64,000 nucleotides of DNA, from positions 1,666 through 65,665 of the forward strand of contig CALVUP010000007.1 of assembly GCA_944363635.1 (NCBI GenBank), in the 5' to 3' direction. Position numbers and translations under genes: made by a program. Below are positions 41,912 to 52,347 of this stretch, piece by piece (position 1 is the stretch's first letter; every line of letters starts with the position of its first letter). Under the pieces are notes generated by a model. That model was not told the DNA's origin and did not search any database. It was given only the letters and a program-made list of their open reading frames with translations. This DNA comes from an uncultured Bacilli bacterium. Its GTDB lineage: Bacteria; Bacillota_I; Bacilli_A; RF39; UBA660.

Positions 41912-42331
41912 ATGAAACAAACTTATATATTTGAGTATCAAAATGAAAATGATTTTAGAAAAAAAGAAAGATCTGTAAGAAAGTATAATATGCTTGCTTA
42001 TAAAAAAATGACATTTGAATATTATCCAGAAATTCGTAATGGTAATTTTTTAGGAAAAGTAGTTGATGAAAATAAGAAAGAAAATACAAAGGATTATGAA
42101 TTAAAATTACCTACTGATATTATGTTTGCAAAAGTTCATGGAGAAATGATTTTGCATTATACGGTTTATTTTGATAAGCATATTGTTTTACTTACAAACA
42201 TTACTCCTGAAGAAATATTAGAAGAAGGCCATAGGGCTGAGCTTTCTACTTATAAAGGGGTTATGGTTTCTAAAACCAATCCAGAAAAAGATATGTTTAA
42301 AATTAATTTGTTGAATATGTTACAAAAATAA
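41912..42331 (+). CDS. hypothetical protein
   Basis: 140 aa; AGGGG RBS. Weak RelE/ParE-like core pattern (HYTVYFDKHIVLLTNI..GHR); not assignable. Confidence 0.45.
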   Translation: MKQTYIFEYQNENDFRKKERSVRKYNMLAYKKMTFEYYPEIRNGNFLGKVVDENKKENTKDYELKLPTDIMFAKVHGEMILHYTVYFDKHIVLLTNITPEEILEEGHRAELSTYKGVMVSKTNPEKDMFKINLLNMLQK

Positions 42332-42414
42332 AAGGGCTTGGCTCTTTTTATAAAAGTACAAAAAAGGACTTGCCTAAACCGTCCGGTTATGTTATTATTA
42401 ATAAGTAACCAATT

Positions 42415-42491
42415 GGACCCTTAGCTCAGTTGGTTAGAGCATCCGGCTCATAACCGGGCGGTCATAGGTTCAAGTCCTATAGGGTCCACCA
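42415..42491 (+). tRNA. tRNA-Met (anticodon CAT; elongator type, could be tRNA-Ile2 if lysidinylated)
   Basis: Cloverleaf: acceptor GGACCCT/AGGGTCC, anticodon loop cuCAUaa, TPsiC GGTTCAAGTCC, encoded CCA, 1:72 G:C pair. Confidence 0.9.
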
Positions 42492-42498
42492 TTTTTAT

Positions 42499-42583
42499 GC
42501 GGGTATGGCGGAATTGGCAAACGCACTAGACTTAGGATCTAGCGGGGCAACCCTTGCAGGTTCAACTCCTGTTACCCGCACCA
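42499..42583 (+). tRNA. tRNA-Leu (anticodon TAG)
   Basis: Acceptor GCGGGTA/TACCCGC, anticodon loop cuUAGga, long variable arm, encoded CCA. Confidence 0.9.
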
Positions 42584-42594
42584 TATTTGATATT

Positions 42595-42626
42595 CAACTC
42601 AAAATTTTAGATTTTGAGTTTTATTA
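42595..42626 (+). terminator. Rho-independent terminator after the tRNA pair
   Basis: aactcaaaat tttag attttgagtt followed by ttatt. Confidence 0.7.
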
Positions 42627-42863
42627 TAATTAAATTTATAAGAAAGTATATATTTTTAAATTTTATTTAGTAAGAAATATTATTTAAGGGGATGGAAAAT
42701 AAGATTATGAAAAATATAAATAATAAAGTTTATTTAATTGGTATGGTTTAAACATTAATTAACAATCACAATCAAACGGATTTAGGAACACACTTATTAG
42801 AATACAAAATAGGGTTTACAGATATAAATTCAGGCGATGCTTATATTGATGGAGATGGTAGTT

Positions 42864-43273
42864 TGGGACTTGCTGTTCGATTGAAAAATAAGGAAAATAA
42901 TATTATTGAATGGGGAGAAATATACTATAAGCCTTTAATGAAAAATACTACTTGTTATAGTAGGGAGGGAAGAGAAGAAATAGAAAAAAGATTCAATGAA
43001 ATACTAATGGGTTCGGTTGAAGATAAAATGAAGTTTATTACTCGTTTAGAGAATAAAATTTTAAAAAGGCCTTATGCGAAAGACAATTTAGTTGATCCTG
43101 TTTTTTCTGACTTTTTTAAAAATTTAAACTTTTTGGCTTATGATTATCCAGCAGTCTCTTTAGGTGGTAAATTTCCAAAAGAACAGCTTCCATTTTTAAA
43201 TGTGGCTTTTGATATAGTCATGGATAGTCTTCCTCAACAGTTTAGCGTTCAAACTGGTAAACAATATAAATAA
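42864..43273 (+). CDS. hypothetical protein (TTG start or 5'-truncated)
   Basis: Open frame with no in-frame ATG upstream; a TTG follows GGAGATGG. Confidence 0.4.
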
Positions 43274-43417
43274 ATTGTATTTCGATGATTGGAAAACTTT
43301 GGCTAAATATAATATTGAACCAAAAAATGTAAAAGTATTTTAAAGGATTATAAGAAATAAGAACTTGCTCAAAGTTCTTTTTTTATGTTATTCTAGTTAT
43401 AGAATAGGAGTGTTTTT

Positions 43418-44050
43418 ATGAATAAAGGGAAAACATATTATACGTTTCAATTTAATGTTGATCCAAATCTAGTAAATCAAATGGTTATGAATTGGTTACT
43501 TGCGAATCAATTTCAACTTACAAATAAGAATGGAGAATCATTTTATTTGTCTAAGGATATGTGGTATGGAAAAAGAGGGTTTCAATACAGTATTGTAGGA
43601 AATGTTTTACATATTTATGCTTGGACAATTGGTATTGGAAATACTTATTTTATGTTGGATGCGGGTGGAGTAAACAATATGGCTAGTGTTAGTTATAAAA
43701 ATCTTTTATCTTTATTATTTTCTAAAATGAATGAATTGAATGCATCTGTAGGGGTTCAAACAGTTAATAACAATAATATGTATACTCAAGGGCCTCATAT
43801 TTCTCAATTTACTCAAGAATTTCAAGATAAAGCCAATCAACAAAAAGAAAGAATGTGTACTATTGGTTTTGTTTTATCTATAATAGGTTTTTTAATTTCA
43901 CTTGTTGGAGTTGCTTATGGTGTGATTGTTTACGTTTTAGATTTTTATTTTGCAGCCCAAGGATTAAAGACTAGAAAACGAAGCATGGCTATTGCAACGA
44001 TTTGTTTATCCATTTTATCAATTGCCATTATTATTCTTCAGCTTATCTAA
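43418..44050 (+). CDS. hypothetical membrane protein
   Basis: 210 aa; soluble N-terminal domain plus two C-terminal TM helices; AGGAGTG RBS. Confidence 0.5.
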   Translation: MNKGKTYYTFQFNVDPNLVNQMVMNWLLANQFQLTNKNGESFYLSKDMWYGKRGFQYSIVGNVLHIYAWTIGIGNTYFMLDAGGVNNMASVSYKNLLSLLFSKMNELNASVGVQTVNNNNMYTQGPHISQFTQEFQDKANQQKERMCTIGFVLSIIGFLISLVGVAYGVIVYVLDFYFAAQGLKTRKRSMAIATICLSILSIAIIILQLI

Positions 44051-44064
44051 ATTTTCTATTAAAA

Positions 44065-44086
44065 AAAGCACACAACTGTGCTTTTA
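44065..44086 (+). terminator. Rho-independent terminator
   Basis: aaagcaca caac tgtgcttt followed by tt. Confidence 0.55.
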
Positions 44087-44101
44087 TGAGGAAAATATTG
44101 A

Positions 44102-44242
44102 TTAACGGCAATTGTTTCTTCCTCTGTCTGATCCGCATAAACAGAAAATTACGAATACAATAATGATTACCCAAATCCACCAAGAATTTGAATTGTTATT
44201 GTAATCAGAACAGCAATAATATGGAACGCCAAAATTATACAT
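44102..44242 (-). CDS. unannotated small ORF: 46-aa Cys-rich single-TM peptide
   Basis: Minus strand; AAGGAGAT RBS 7 nt before the ATG. Sequence MYNFGVPYYCCSDYNNNSNSWWIWVIIIVFVIFCLCGSDRGRNNCR. Confidence 0.35.
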   Translation of the reverse strand: MYNFGVPYYCCSDYNNNSNSWWIWVIIIVFVIFCLCGSDRGRNNCR

Positions 44243-44330
44243 AAAATCAAATCTCCTTTCCCTATATTATACTTAGACTTGCTATTTACAAGTATAATAA
44301 ATACCTATTATTTTATTAAAAGGAGGGTAT

Positions 44331-45062
44331 ATGTTATCTTTAGAAGAAAAAGTGAACCAACTAAATACAATTTTAAAACATTCGAAACGAATTGTCTTTT
44401 TTGGTGGTGCTGGTGTTTCGACAGAAAGTGGTATTCCGGATTTTAGAAGCAAAGATGGTCTTTATCATCAAAAATATCATAAAGATCCCGAATATATGCT
44501 TAGTCATACGTGTTTAGTAAGAGAACCAGAGGCATTTTATAAATTTTATTTTGATAAAATGATTTATGAAGAGGCACAACTGAATGTTTGTCATAAAAAG
44601 TTAGTAGAATTAGAAAAAAGAGGAAAATTAAGTGCTATTATTACACAAAATATTGATGGGTTGCATCAACAGGCGGGATCTCATCATGTGTTAGAACTTC
44701 ATGGGAATGCTTATAGATTATTTTGTACAAACTGTGGTCATGACTATCATTTAAAAAGCATCAGAAGGGAGAAGATTCCTACTTGTCCAAGTTGTGGAGG
44801 ATTATTGAGACCGGATGTTGTTTTATATGGAGAAGCTTTAAATGAAACAATTGTAGAAGAAACAATTTATGAGATAAAGCAGTGTGATACTTTAATTATT
44901 GGTGGAACGTCTTTAGTTGTATATCCAGCAGCGACTTTTGTACAATATTTCAGAGGGAAAAATTTGATTATTATTAATAAAGATCAAACGACTATGGATG
45001 GGCAGGCTGATCTTATTATCCATGATGCGATTGGTAAAGTGTTTTCTAAAATCGATATTTAG
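44331..45062 (+). CDS. cobB: NAD-dependent protein deacylase (sirtuin)
   Basis: GAGVSTESGIPDFRS, QNIDGLH, and Zn ribbon CTNCG...CPSCGG. Confidence 0.85.
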   Translation: MLSLEEKVNQLNTILKHSKRIVFFGGAGVSTESGIPDFRSKDGLYHQKYHKDPEYMLSHTCLVREPEAFYKFYFDKMIYEEAQLNVCHKKLVELEKRGKLSAIITQNIDGLHQQAGSHHVLELHGNAYRLFCTNCGHDYHLKSIRREKIPTCPSCGGLLRPDVVLYGEALNETIVEETIYEIKQCDTLIIGGTSLVVYPAATFVQYFRGKNLIIINKDQTTMDGQADLIIHDAIGKVFSKIDI

Positions 45063-45065
45063 TTT

Positions 45066-46025
45066 CTATCTGATTTCAAAAGTGGTTTCGTCTATAAATT
45101 TATAATTGGTTTTATATTTTAGTTCTCTGACAAGGCGAAACAAAGCGTCATCTTTTGCTTTTGCTTCAATCATCACATCGAAATCTCGATTTAAAAATTT
45201 TATGTTTTCTATGAATTTGATGAAAGAATCGGAATTTATGTAGTCATGATGACTTCTAAATTCTTTTTTTAATTTACTTTTGGGAGAAGAAAAATGAATT
45301 TTTGGTGTTTCTTGTTTCCAGGTTTGAAAAATTTCTTTTATATAATCTTCAAACCTTTCGTTTTCATCGTGATTACAAATAAAATGGTGATAATCAAAGA
45401 CCATAGGAATATCGAGTTGTTTGGCAATATATAATACATCTTTGGCAGTAAATATTTTATCGTCATTTTCAATCGCAATTGTTTTCTTTAAATAATCTGG
45501 TAAATTTTTAAAATTATTTATAAATCTAGAAATACTTTTATCTTTGCCAAAGGTATTTCCACCTATATGAATCAAAATCGTTTTCTTTTTTATTTGTAGT
45601 GCATCTAATATTTGATAATGGTATTGTAGGATTTCGATAGTATTTTGTACAATGCTTTTATGCACACTATTTAAAACAGCAAATTGGTCTGGGTGAGTAT
45701 CCATACGAATTTGTGTTTTTTGAATTAGTTGGGAGAGTCTTTGAAATTGTTTTTTAAATGGTATTATATAATCATAATGTACTTGATTGTGTGTGGCTAG
45801 AGGAATGAGTTTTGATGTTAATCTATAAAAATGAATATTGTTTTTACTGTTGTATATGAGTATTTTTTTCAAATCATTTAAATTGCTTTTGATAATCATA
45901 TATAGTTGTTCGTAGGGTTTTTGTTCTTTTACAAAGTTGGTATAAGTCATAGTACGAGAAGTGGTTGTATTTTCTAATGCTTTGGATAAAGCGACATAGC
46001 CTAATCTTATTTTCATATTGGTCAC
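45066..46025 (-). CDS. uvdE: UV DNA damage endonuclease
   Basis: MKIRLGYVA N-terminus; UvdE TIM barrel with conserved His/Glu blocks (HIGG, IENDD). Confidence 0.85.
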   Translation of the reverse strand: MTNMKIRLGYVALSKALENTTTSRTMTYTNFVKEQKPYEQLYMIIKSNLNDLKKILIYNSKNNIHFYRLTSKLIPLATHNQVHYDYIIPFKKQFQRLSQLIQKTQIRMDTHPDQFAVLNSVHKSIVQNTIEILQYHYQILDALQIKKKTILIHIGGNTFGKDKSISRFINNFKNLPDYLKKTIAIENDDKIFTAKDVLYIAKQLDIPMVFDYHHFICNHDENERFEDYIKEIFQTWKQETPKIHFSSPKSKLKKEFRSHHDYINSDSFIKFIENIKFLNRDFDVMIEAKAKDDALFRLVRELKYKTNYKFIDETTFEIR

Positions 46026-46138
46026 CTGTTTTTAGTATGGTTTGGTTTTTTAATTTTATTTTCTAAATTAAAAAATAAGAAAGGAGTTGTATCCTTTCTT
46101 TTTTCTTGATATAATTGGAGAGTAGAGAGGTTGATATT

Positions 46139-47248
46139 ATGGGTAAAGTTAAAGAAGCATTGAAATCGGTTGATAAAAAGTTATTTATTTATTTAGGAAT
46201 TGTTTTGTTTATTGCAGTTGTTGGTATTATTATAGCAGTTGTTATCTATCATGTGAATAATTCTAATTTATCTTATAGTGAAATCGAGGATAAATTAGAA
46301 AGTGCAGCACGTAGTTATTATACGGATAATTCAAATTTACTTCCTAAAAACGATGGTGGAGAAGTAACGGTTCGTGATTCAAAATTAAGCGAAGAAGGTT
46401 ATATGAAACCAATGGATAAATTAATTAAAGATGCATCTTGTAATGGAAAAGTTATTGTCCGTTTAAATGATAATAAATATACATATACAGCATATTTGGA
46501 TTGTGGTAAAGAATATACAACAACGGAAATTGCAAACAAGATTTTAGAAAATGGTACAGTGAGTGAAGGAGAAGGTTTGTATCAAGTTGATAATGATTAT
46601 GTTTATAGGGGAGAAAATGTAAATAATTATTTGCAATTTAATGATCGTTTGTACCGAATTGTTCGTATTTATGAAAATGGAACGGTTAAAATTATGTTAA
46701 ATGATGATTATCGTGAAAAGATTTATGTATGGGATGATCGATATAACGAAGATGCTAATTATAGTTATGGGTATAATACTTATGAAAAAAGTCGTTTAAA
46801 AGAAGCTTTAGATAGTATTTATGAAAATTATCGTTTAATGACCGATGATTCTTATAAAGAAAAGATTGTTCCTGTTGATTTATGTATTGGAAAAAGAGCC
46901 AGTGATGATACAAGAAGTGATGCAGCGGTGGAATGTAGTCAGACACTTCCTGATCAATACGTATTTACAATTACTGCTTATGATTATATGCTAGCGAGTC
47001 TGGATGAGAAATGTACAAGTATTATTTCAAGATCTTGTCGTAATTATAATTATATGGTTACTGATTTTAGTTATTGGACAATTACGGGTGATCCAAGTAC
47101 GACATATAATGCTTATCATGTGAGTGGTGCGCTTTCTTCTACTGAAACATCGGATAGTCATGCTTTAAGACCAACTGTTGTTTTAAGTGAAAATAATATG
47201 TATGCATCAGGGGATGGATCTTTAGATAATCCTTATACAATTAAATAG
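46139..47248 (+). CDS. membrane-anchored protein with ComGC/pseudopilin-like domain (no prepilin signal)
   Basis: ATG at 46139 follows GAGAGG; one TM segment; SC..V.V.....Y.Y.AYLDCGKEY block similar to the 37962 gene and the 17898 pilin. Confidence 0.5.
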   Translation: MGKVKEALKSVDKKLFIYLGIVLFIAVVGIIIAVVIYHVNNSNLSYSEIEDKLESAARSYYTDNSNLLPKNDGGEVTVRDSKLSEEGYMKPMDKLIKDASCNGKVIVRLNDNKYTYTAYLDCGKEYTTTEIANKILENGTVSEGEGLYQVDNDYVYRGENVNNYLQFNDRLYRIVRIYENGTVKIMLNDDYREKIYVWDDRYNEDANYSYGYNTYEKSRLKEALDSIYENYRLMTDDSYKEKIVPVDLCIGKRASDDTRSDAAVECSQTLPDQYVFTITAYDYMLASLDEKCTSIISRSCRNYNYMVTDFSYWTITGDPSTTYNAYHVSGALSSTETSDSHALRPTVVLSENNMYASGDGSLDNPYTIK

Positions 47249-47255
47249 TTTTCGT

Positions 47256-47288
47256 AAAAAAGATATAACTTTCGTTATATCTTTTATA
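47256..47288. terminator. bidirectional Rho-independent terminator
   Basis: aagatataac tttc gttatatctt with T/A runs on both sides; lies between convergent genes. Confidence 0.65.
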
Positions 47289-49092
47289 TTTGTATTTTAA
47301 TATGATATTTTTCAATCCATAAATCGATTTGATATAAATAAGCAATTAATTGAGGCCGAGTCATTAATTGTCCAAACCAAGGAAGTATATCATCTTCTTT
47401 TTTATTAAGTAGAGTCATGATTTGATTTATATCAAATAATGTATATAAGGCGCTATTTTTATTTTCTAATCTTTCTTTTAATAAATTAGTTACAGCATTT
47501 AAGAAAATGGGATTATGGGTTTTAGGATAAGGATTTTTTTTACGATATAAGACTTCTTCTGGAATAATGTCTTTAAAGGCTTCTCTTAGAATGTATTTTT
47601 CGGTATTGTTTCTATATTTATAATGAAATGGTAGATTCCATAAATATTCAATAAGTTTTGTATCTGCAAAAGGAACACGTGCTTCTAAAGTAGCTCCCAT
47701 ACTCATTCGGTCTTTTCGATCAAGTAGAGTTGTCATGAAATGGGTCATATTTACATAAAATAAGCGTTTGTATTTATCTTTTCGATCTCGCATGGATAAT
47801 TCTTTTATGGTTCTTTTATATTCTTTTTTCAAGCATTTCTTTAACTTTAGTTTTTTTCTTAATGTTTTGTTTAGAAGTTTTTCACGATCTTCTATATTAT
47901 TAATCCATGGGAATGTCTTTCTATTATTTAATTTTTCTTTATAGAACCAAGGATATCCTCCGAATATTTCATCTGCACATTCTCCGGATAAGATTACTTT
48001 AAAATCTTTTCTTATTTCTTTGCAAAACCACAATAAAGAACAATCAATATCGATCATACCGGGGTAATCGCGATAGTATAAAGTGTCTTTTAAATAGGCA
48101 ATGACTTGTTTTTGCGAAATAGTTTTATAAATATGATTGGTATGGAAGGTTTTGCTCATAATATTGATGTAGTATTCATCAAGTGAAACTTGAAAGTCAT
48201 TCTTTTTAAAATATTTTTCATTTCCTTCATAGTTAATGGAGTAGGTTGTTAGGGGTTCTTTTTGGTTTTGAGCTACTACTGCGGTAATAATGGAAGAGTC
48301 AAGTCCTCCTGATAAAAGCGTAGCGATTGGGGTATCTGAAACTGTTTGTCTTACAATGGAGTCTGTAAGGATTTCTTTTATTTTCTTTGTAGCTTCTTCA
48401 AAGGAATCTGTACATTTTTTTGTTTTTAGCTTCCAATATCTTTTAATTTTTATATTTCCTTTTTTATAAATCATATAATGGGCTGGACGTAATTGTTTTA
48501 TGTCTTTAAACACACCGTGGCCTTGTTTTCTACTTGGTCCTAAAGCCAGAAGTTCTTCTAATTCTTTTTTAGAAAGAATGGGCCTGATGACTTTACTTTT
48601 CAATATGGACTTGATACTAGAAGAAAATAGGAAGTTATTGTTTTTCAATGTATAATATAATGGTTTAATTCCAAATCGATCTCGAGCTAAAAAGATGGAT
48701 TTTTCTTTTTGATCGTATATCGCAAAAGCAAAAATACCTTCTATTTTCTCTAAGATTTTTTCTTTATAGCAGTGATATCCTTTTAGTAATACCTCTGTAT
48801 CACAGGTGGTATCAAAATCATAGCCTTTTTTTAATAAATCTTCTTTTATTTCATTTGTGTTATATAATTCTCCGTTGTAGATGATGATTAGATTTTCATA
48901 ATACATGGGTTGTTTTCCGTTTTCTAAATCAATAATGGACAATCGATTATGTCCGAGCAGAGTATGATTTTCAAAATAATAGCCTTTGGAATCGTATCCA
49001 CGATACTTCATCAGTTCTAACATTTCTTTGAAGAGATTCATATTTTCTAATAAATCTTCTTTATGATTAGACCAACCTAAAATTGCACACAT
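47284..49092 (-). CDS. asnB: asparagine synthetase (glutamine-hydrolysing)
   Basis: N-terminal MCAILGW (Cys2 nucleophile), SGGLDSS PP-loop. The track's 5' extension to 49209 lacks homology and overlaps the next gene's start. Confidence 0.85.
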   Translation of the reverse strand: MCAILGWSNHKEDLLENMNLFKEMLELMKYRGYDSKGYYFENHTLLGHNRLSIIDLENGKQPMYYENLIIIYNGELYNTNEIKEDLLKKGYDFDTTCDTEVLLKGYHCYKEKILEKIEGIFAFAIYDQKEKSIFLARDRFGIKPLYYTLKNNNFLFSSSIKSILKSKVIRPILSKKELEELLALGPSRKQGHGVFKDIKQLRPAHYMIYKKGNIKIKRYWKLKTKKCTDSFEEATKKIKEILTDSIVRQTVSDTPIATLLSGGLDSSIITAVVAQNQKEPLTTYSINYEGNEKYFKKNDFQVSLDEYYINIMSKTFHTNHIYKTISQKQVIAYLKDTLYYRDYPGMIDIDCSLLWFCKEIRKDFKVILSGECADEIFGGYPWFYKEKLNNRKTFPWINNIEDREKLLNKTLRKKLKLKKCLKKEYKRTIKELSMRDRKDKYKRLFYVNMTHFMTTLLDRKDRMSMGATLEARVPFADTKLIEYLWNLPFHYKYRNNTEKYILREAFKDIIPEEVLYRKKNPYPKTHNPIFLNAVTNLLKERLENKNSALYTLFDINQIMTLLNKKEDDILPWFGQLMTRPQLIAYLYQIDLWIEKYHIKIQI

Positions 49093-49180
49093 AAAATCAC
49101 CTAAAATATTATATGCTTTTGCAGTGAATATGACAAAAAAAGTGCCTAGTAATAGCGTACGATACTTATGAGATGATTGT

Positions 49181-50158
49181 ATGAAAAAAAGAATCAAATT
49201 AAAAACCAAACAAAAGAAGGCAAGTAAGAAAAAGAAATTTGTTATTTATAGTAGTATTACCTTTTTAGTCGCTTCTTTTATTCTTACTTTAAATACTTTA
49301 AAGTTTAAAATCTCTTTAGGGAGTGATGAATTGATTCAATACATATTATATTCTTCGAATCATAATATGGAATATGAATATGATAAGAAAAACATTAGTA
49401 AAAAAATTGTTGAATTTTTGACGAATATTACTTTGGATAATCCAAGTAGCATACTTTCTAGTAATTATCGAAATTTAACCGATGAAGAAGAAAGTTTGAA
49501 TAGTGAATATATAGAGGATCCTTATCCAGATAAAAAAATTGATGAACCTCTTGTCTATATCTATAACACGCATCAATTAGAAGAATATTCATCTAAAAAC
49601 TATGAAGAATATAATGTAACACCTAATGTATTAATGGCTTCTTATATATTCAGAGAAAAATTAAACCGCTTGTCTATTCCTACGATTGTAGAAGAGACGG
49701 ATGTAAATGAAATCTTAAAAATCAATTCGTGGAAGTATTATAAAAGTTATGATGTGACCAGGATGTTGCTTGAACAGGCTAAAGAGGATTATTCTTCGCT
49801 AGAATATTTTATTGATTTGCATAGAGATTCTGTTTCTCATGATAAAACTTATGTCAAAATTGATGGAAAAGCTTACGCAAAAGTTTTATTTATTGTAGGA
49901 TTGGAAAATAAGAATTATAAAGAAAATTTGGAATTTACAGAGGGGTTTAATGATTTGATTCACGAGAAATATCCGGGTTTATCTAGAGGAATTTATAAAA
50001 AGCAAGGCGAAGGGGTCAATGGTGTTTATAATCAGGATTTAGATAAACATGTTATTTTGATTGAACTGGGAGGGGTTGATAATACGATAGAGGAAGTAAC
50101 CAACACCATTGATGCTTTATGTGATGTATTATTTGAATATATTGGAGGTGGACAGTGA
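49181..50158 (+). CDS. stage II sporulation protein P-like
   Basis: N-terminal TM segment; YIYNTHQLEEY and DLHRDS blocks typical of SpoIIP; followed by a yqxA-like gene and lepA as in Bacillus. Confidence 0.7.
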   Translation: MKKRIKLKTKQKKASKKKKFVIYSSITFLVASFILTLNTLKFKISLGSDELIQYILYSSNHNMEYEYDKKNISKKIVEFLTNITLDNPSSILSSNYRNLTDEEESLNSEYIEDPYPDKKIDEPLVYIYNTHQLEEYSSKNYEEYNVTPNVLMASYIFREKLNRLSIPTIVEETDVNEILKINSWKYYKSYDVTRMLLEQAKEDYSSLEYFIDLHRDSVSHDKTYVKIDGKAYAKVLFIVGLENKNYKENLEFTEGFNDLIHEKYPGLSRGIYKKQGEGVNGVYNQDLDKHVILIELGGVDNTIEEVTNTIDALCDVLFEYIGGGQ

Positions 50159-50472
50159 AAAAAAATGTTGTTCGGCTATTAGGTATTTTTCTGCTTATCA
50201 TCTTTTTTGCTTTAATTATTATGAATTATACAGGATTTTATGAATATAGGGTATCTAAGAAAACAGCATTAACCAATGAAAATATTGAAAAATTTGAAAA
50301 AGATATTGAGGAAGGCAAAGATGTAGAAGTCTCTGATTATTTAGAAGAAGATAAAGATAATAGCAATGGAATTAGTGATTTAACTTTTAAAACCAGTCAA
50401 ACGATTGGGACTGTTTTTAATAAAATGATTACTTTTTTATTTAAATCGATAGAAAAAACAATGACGGAATAG
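50155..50472 (+). CDS. YqxA-like small membrane protein
   Basis: 105 aa; N-terminal TM segment; positioned between spoIIP and lepA. Confidence 0.5.
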   Translation: MKKNVVRLLGIFLLIIFFALIIMNYTGFYEYRVSKKTALTNENIEKFEKDIEEGKDVEVSDYLEEDKDNSNGISDLTFKTSQTIGTVFNKMITFLFKSIEKTMTE

Positions 50473-50529
50473 TGTTGTTTTTCTTTTTTTTCCTTCTTTT
50501 TTCATGTATAATAGGAATAGGTGAAATAT

Positions 50530-52329
50530 ATGGATCAAAATAAAATTCGAAATTTTTCAATTATTGCACATATTGATCATGGAAAGAGTACTTTGGCGGA
50601 TCGCATTTTAGAACAGACCCATGCAATTAGCCAAAGGGAAATGAAAGAACAATTATTAGATAATATGGATATTGAAAGGGAAAGAGGCATTACTATTAAA
50701 TTAAATGCGGTGGAATTGAAATATACTTATCATAATGAAGAGTATATCCTTCATTTGATTGACACGCCTGGACATGTCGATTTTTCTTATGAGGTTTCTC
50801 GTTCTTTGGCGGCTTGTGAGGGGGCTATTTTGGTTGTTGATGCGGCTCAAGGAATCGAGGCTCAAACGCTTGCCAACCTTTATTTGGCTTTAGAAAATGA
50901 TTTAACGATTATTCCCGTTATTAATAAGATTGATCTACCGAATGCAGATATAGAAAAGGTAAAACAAGAACTTATGGATACGATTGGTTTTAAAGAAGAA
51001 GAGATTCTTTTAACTTCTGCGAAAACGGGACAGGGTATACAAGAATTATTAGAGGCGATTATTACTCGTATTCCAAGTCCCGAAGGAAAAATAGATGAAC
51101 CTCTGCAAGCTTTAATCTTTGATAGCTTATTTGATCCTTATCGAGGGGTGGCGATTTCTACTCGCATTTTTAATGGTCGAGTAAAAGTAGGAGATAAAAT
51201 TGTGATGATGGAGACGGGTGCTACTTATGAGGTGGTAGAGCTTGTGGTTCATACCCCTAAGGAGAGACAAGTACAAGAACTCGTAAGTGGAGAGGTTGGT
51301 GTGATTTATGCTTCCATCAAAGATATCCAGGATGTTAAAGTTGGTGATACCATTACGCTTGCTAGCCATCCAACAAAAGAGTGCTTAAAAGGATATAAAC
51401 CAATGAAACCTATGGTCTATTGTGGTCTTTATCCTATTGAGTCTTCTAAATACGATGATTTAAGAGAAGCTTTAGAAAAATTAAAATTAAATGATGCTTC
51501 TTTAACTTTTGAACCAGAAACTTCAAAAGCTTTAGGATTTGGTTTTCGAACGGGATTTTTGGGTCTTCTACATATGGAAATCATAGAGGAGAGAATTGAA
51601 AGAGAATTTGGTATTGATTTAATTGCAACTTCACCATCAGTTATTTATGAAGTACATCTAACGGATGGAAGTACAATTTATGTAGATGCTCCAACAAAAA
51701 TGCCAGAGAAAGTAAAAATAAAAGAGATATTAGAACCGTATGTCAAAACAAGTATTTATACGCCGAATGAATATATAGGACCTATTATGCAGTTGTGCCA
51801 AGATAAAAGAGGAAAGTATCTTTCTACAGAATATATTGATAAAAACAGAGTAAATTTACATTATGAGCTTCCTCTTTCGGAAATTATTTATGACTTTTTT
51901 GATAAATTGAAAAGTTATACCAAAGGTTATGCATCTTTTGACTATGAGATTATTGGGTATAAGCCTAGTGATTTAGTAAAACTCGATATTTTATTAAATG
52001 GAGAAGTCGTGGATGCTTTATCTGTGATTGTTCATAAAGATTTTGCTTATCATAGAGGAAGAGTTATAACTCAAAACTTAAAGAAGATTATACCAAGACA
52101 GCTTTTTGAAGTTCCAATTCAAGCATCCATTGGGCAAAAGGTTATTGCTAGAGAAACAGTGAAAGCGATGCGTAAGGATGTCTTGGCAAAATGTTATGGT
52201 GGAGACGTTACTCGTAAAAGAAAATTATTGGAAAAGCAAAAAGAAGGAAAGAAAAGAATGAAAATGGTAGGAAGTGTTGAGATTCCACAAGAAGCTTTTT
52301 TAAGTGTTTTACAGATGGATGAAAAATAA
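50530..52329 (+). CDS. lepA: elongation factor 4
   Basis: [17 protein letters not shown]1 motif, DTPGH, NKID, and LepA-specific C-terminal domain. Confidence 0.92.
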   Translation: MDQNKIRNFSIIAHIDHGKSTLADRILEQTHAISQREMKEQLLDNMDIERERGITIKLNAVELKYTYHNEEYILHLIDTPGHVDFSYEVSRSLAACEGAILVVDAAQGIEAQTLANLYLALENDLTIIPVINKIDLPNADIEKVKQELMDTIGFKEEEILLTSAKTGQGIQELLEAIITRIPSPEGKIDEPLQALIFDSLFDPYRGVAISTRIFNGRVKVGDKIVMMETGATYEVVELVVHTPKERQVQELVSGEVGVIYASIKDIQDVKVGDTITLASHPTKECLKGYKPMKPMVYCGLYPIESSKYDDLREALEKLKLNDASLTFEPETSKALGFGFRTGFLGLLHMEIIEERIEREFGIDLIATSPSVIYEVHLTDGSTIYVDAPTKMPEKVKIKEILEPYVKTSIYTPNEYIGPIMQLCQDKRGKYLSTEYIDKNRVNLHYELPLSEIIYDFFDKLKSYTKGYASFDYEIIGYKPSDLVKLDILLNGEVVDALSVIVHKDFAYHRGRVITQNLKKIIPRQLFEVPIQASIGQKVIARETVKAMRKDVLAKCYGGDVTRKRKLLEKQKEGKKRMKMVGSVEIPQEAFLSVLQMDEK

Positions 52330-52347
52330 AAATATAGGTGGTCAAGC

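Noticed and set aside
41912-42331. RelE/ParE-like toxin call for the 140-aa protein
   Set aside because: It shows only a loose hydrophobic beta-strand pattern (HYTVYFDKHIVLLTNI) and a GHR triplet. It is too long for the family and has no small antitoxin partner upstream, so it is left as hypothetical.
42415-44330. Integrated genomic island at the tRNA pair
   Set aside because: No integrase was found, and no direct repeat of the tRNA-Leu 3' end (ggttcaactcctgttacccgcacca) occurs downstream. It is retained only as a low-interest note.
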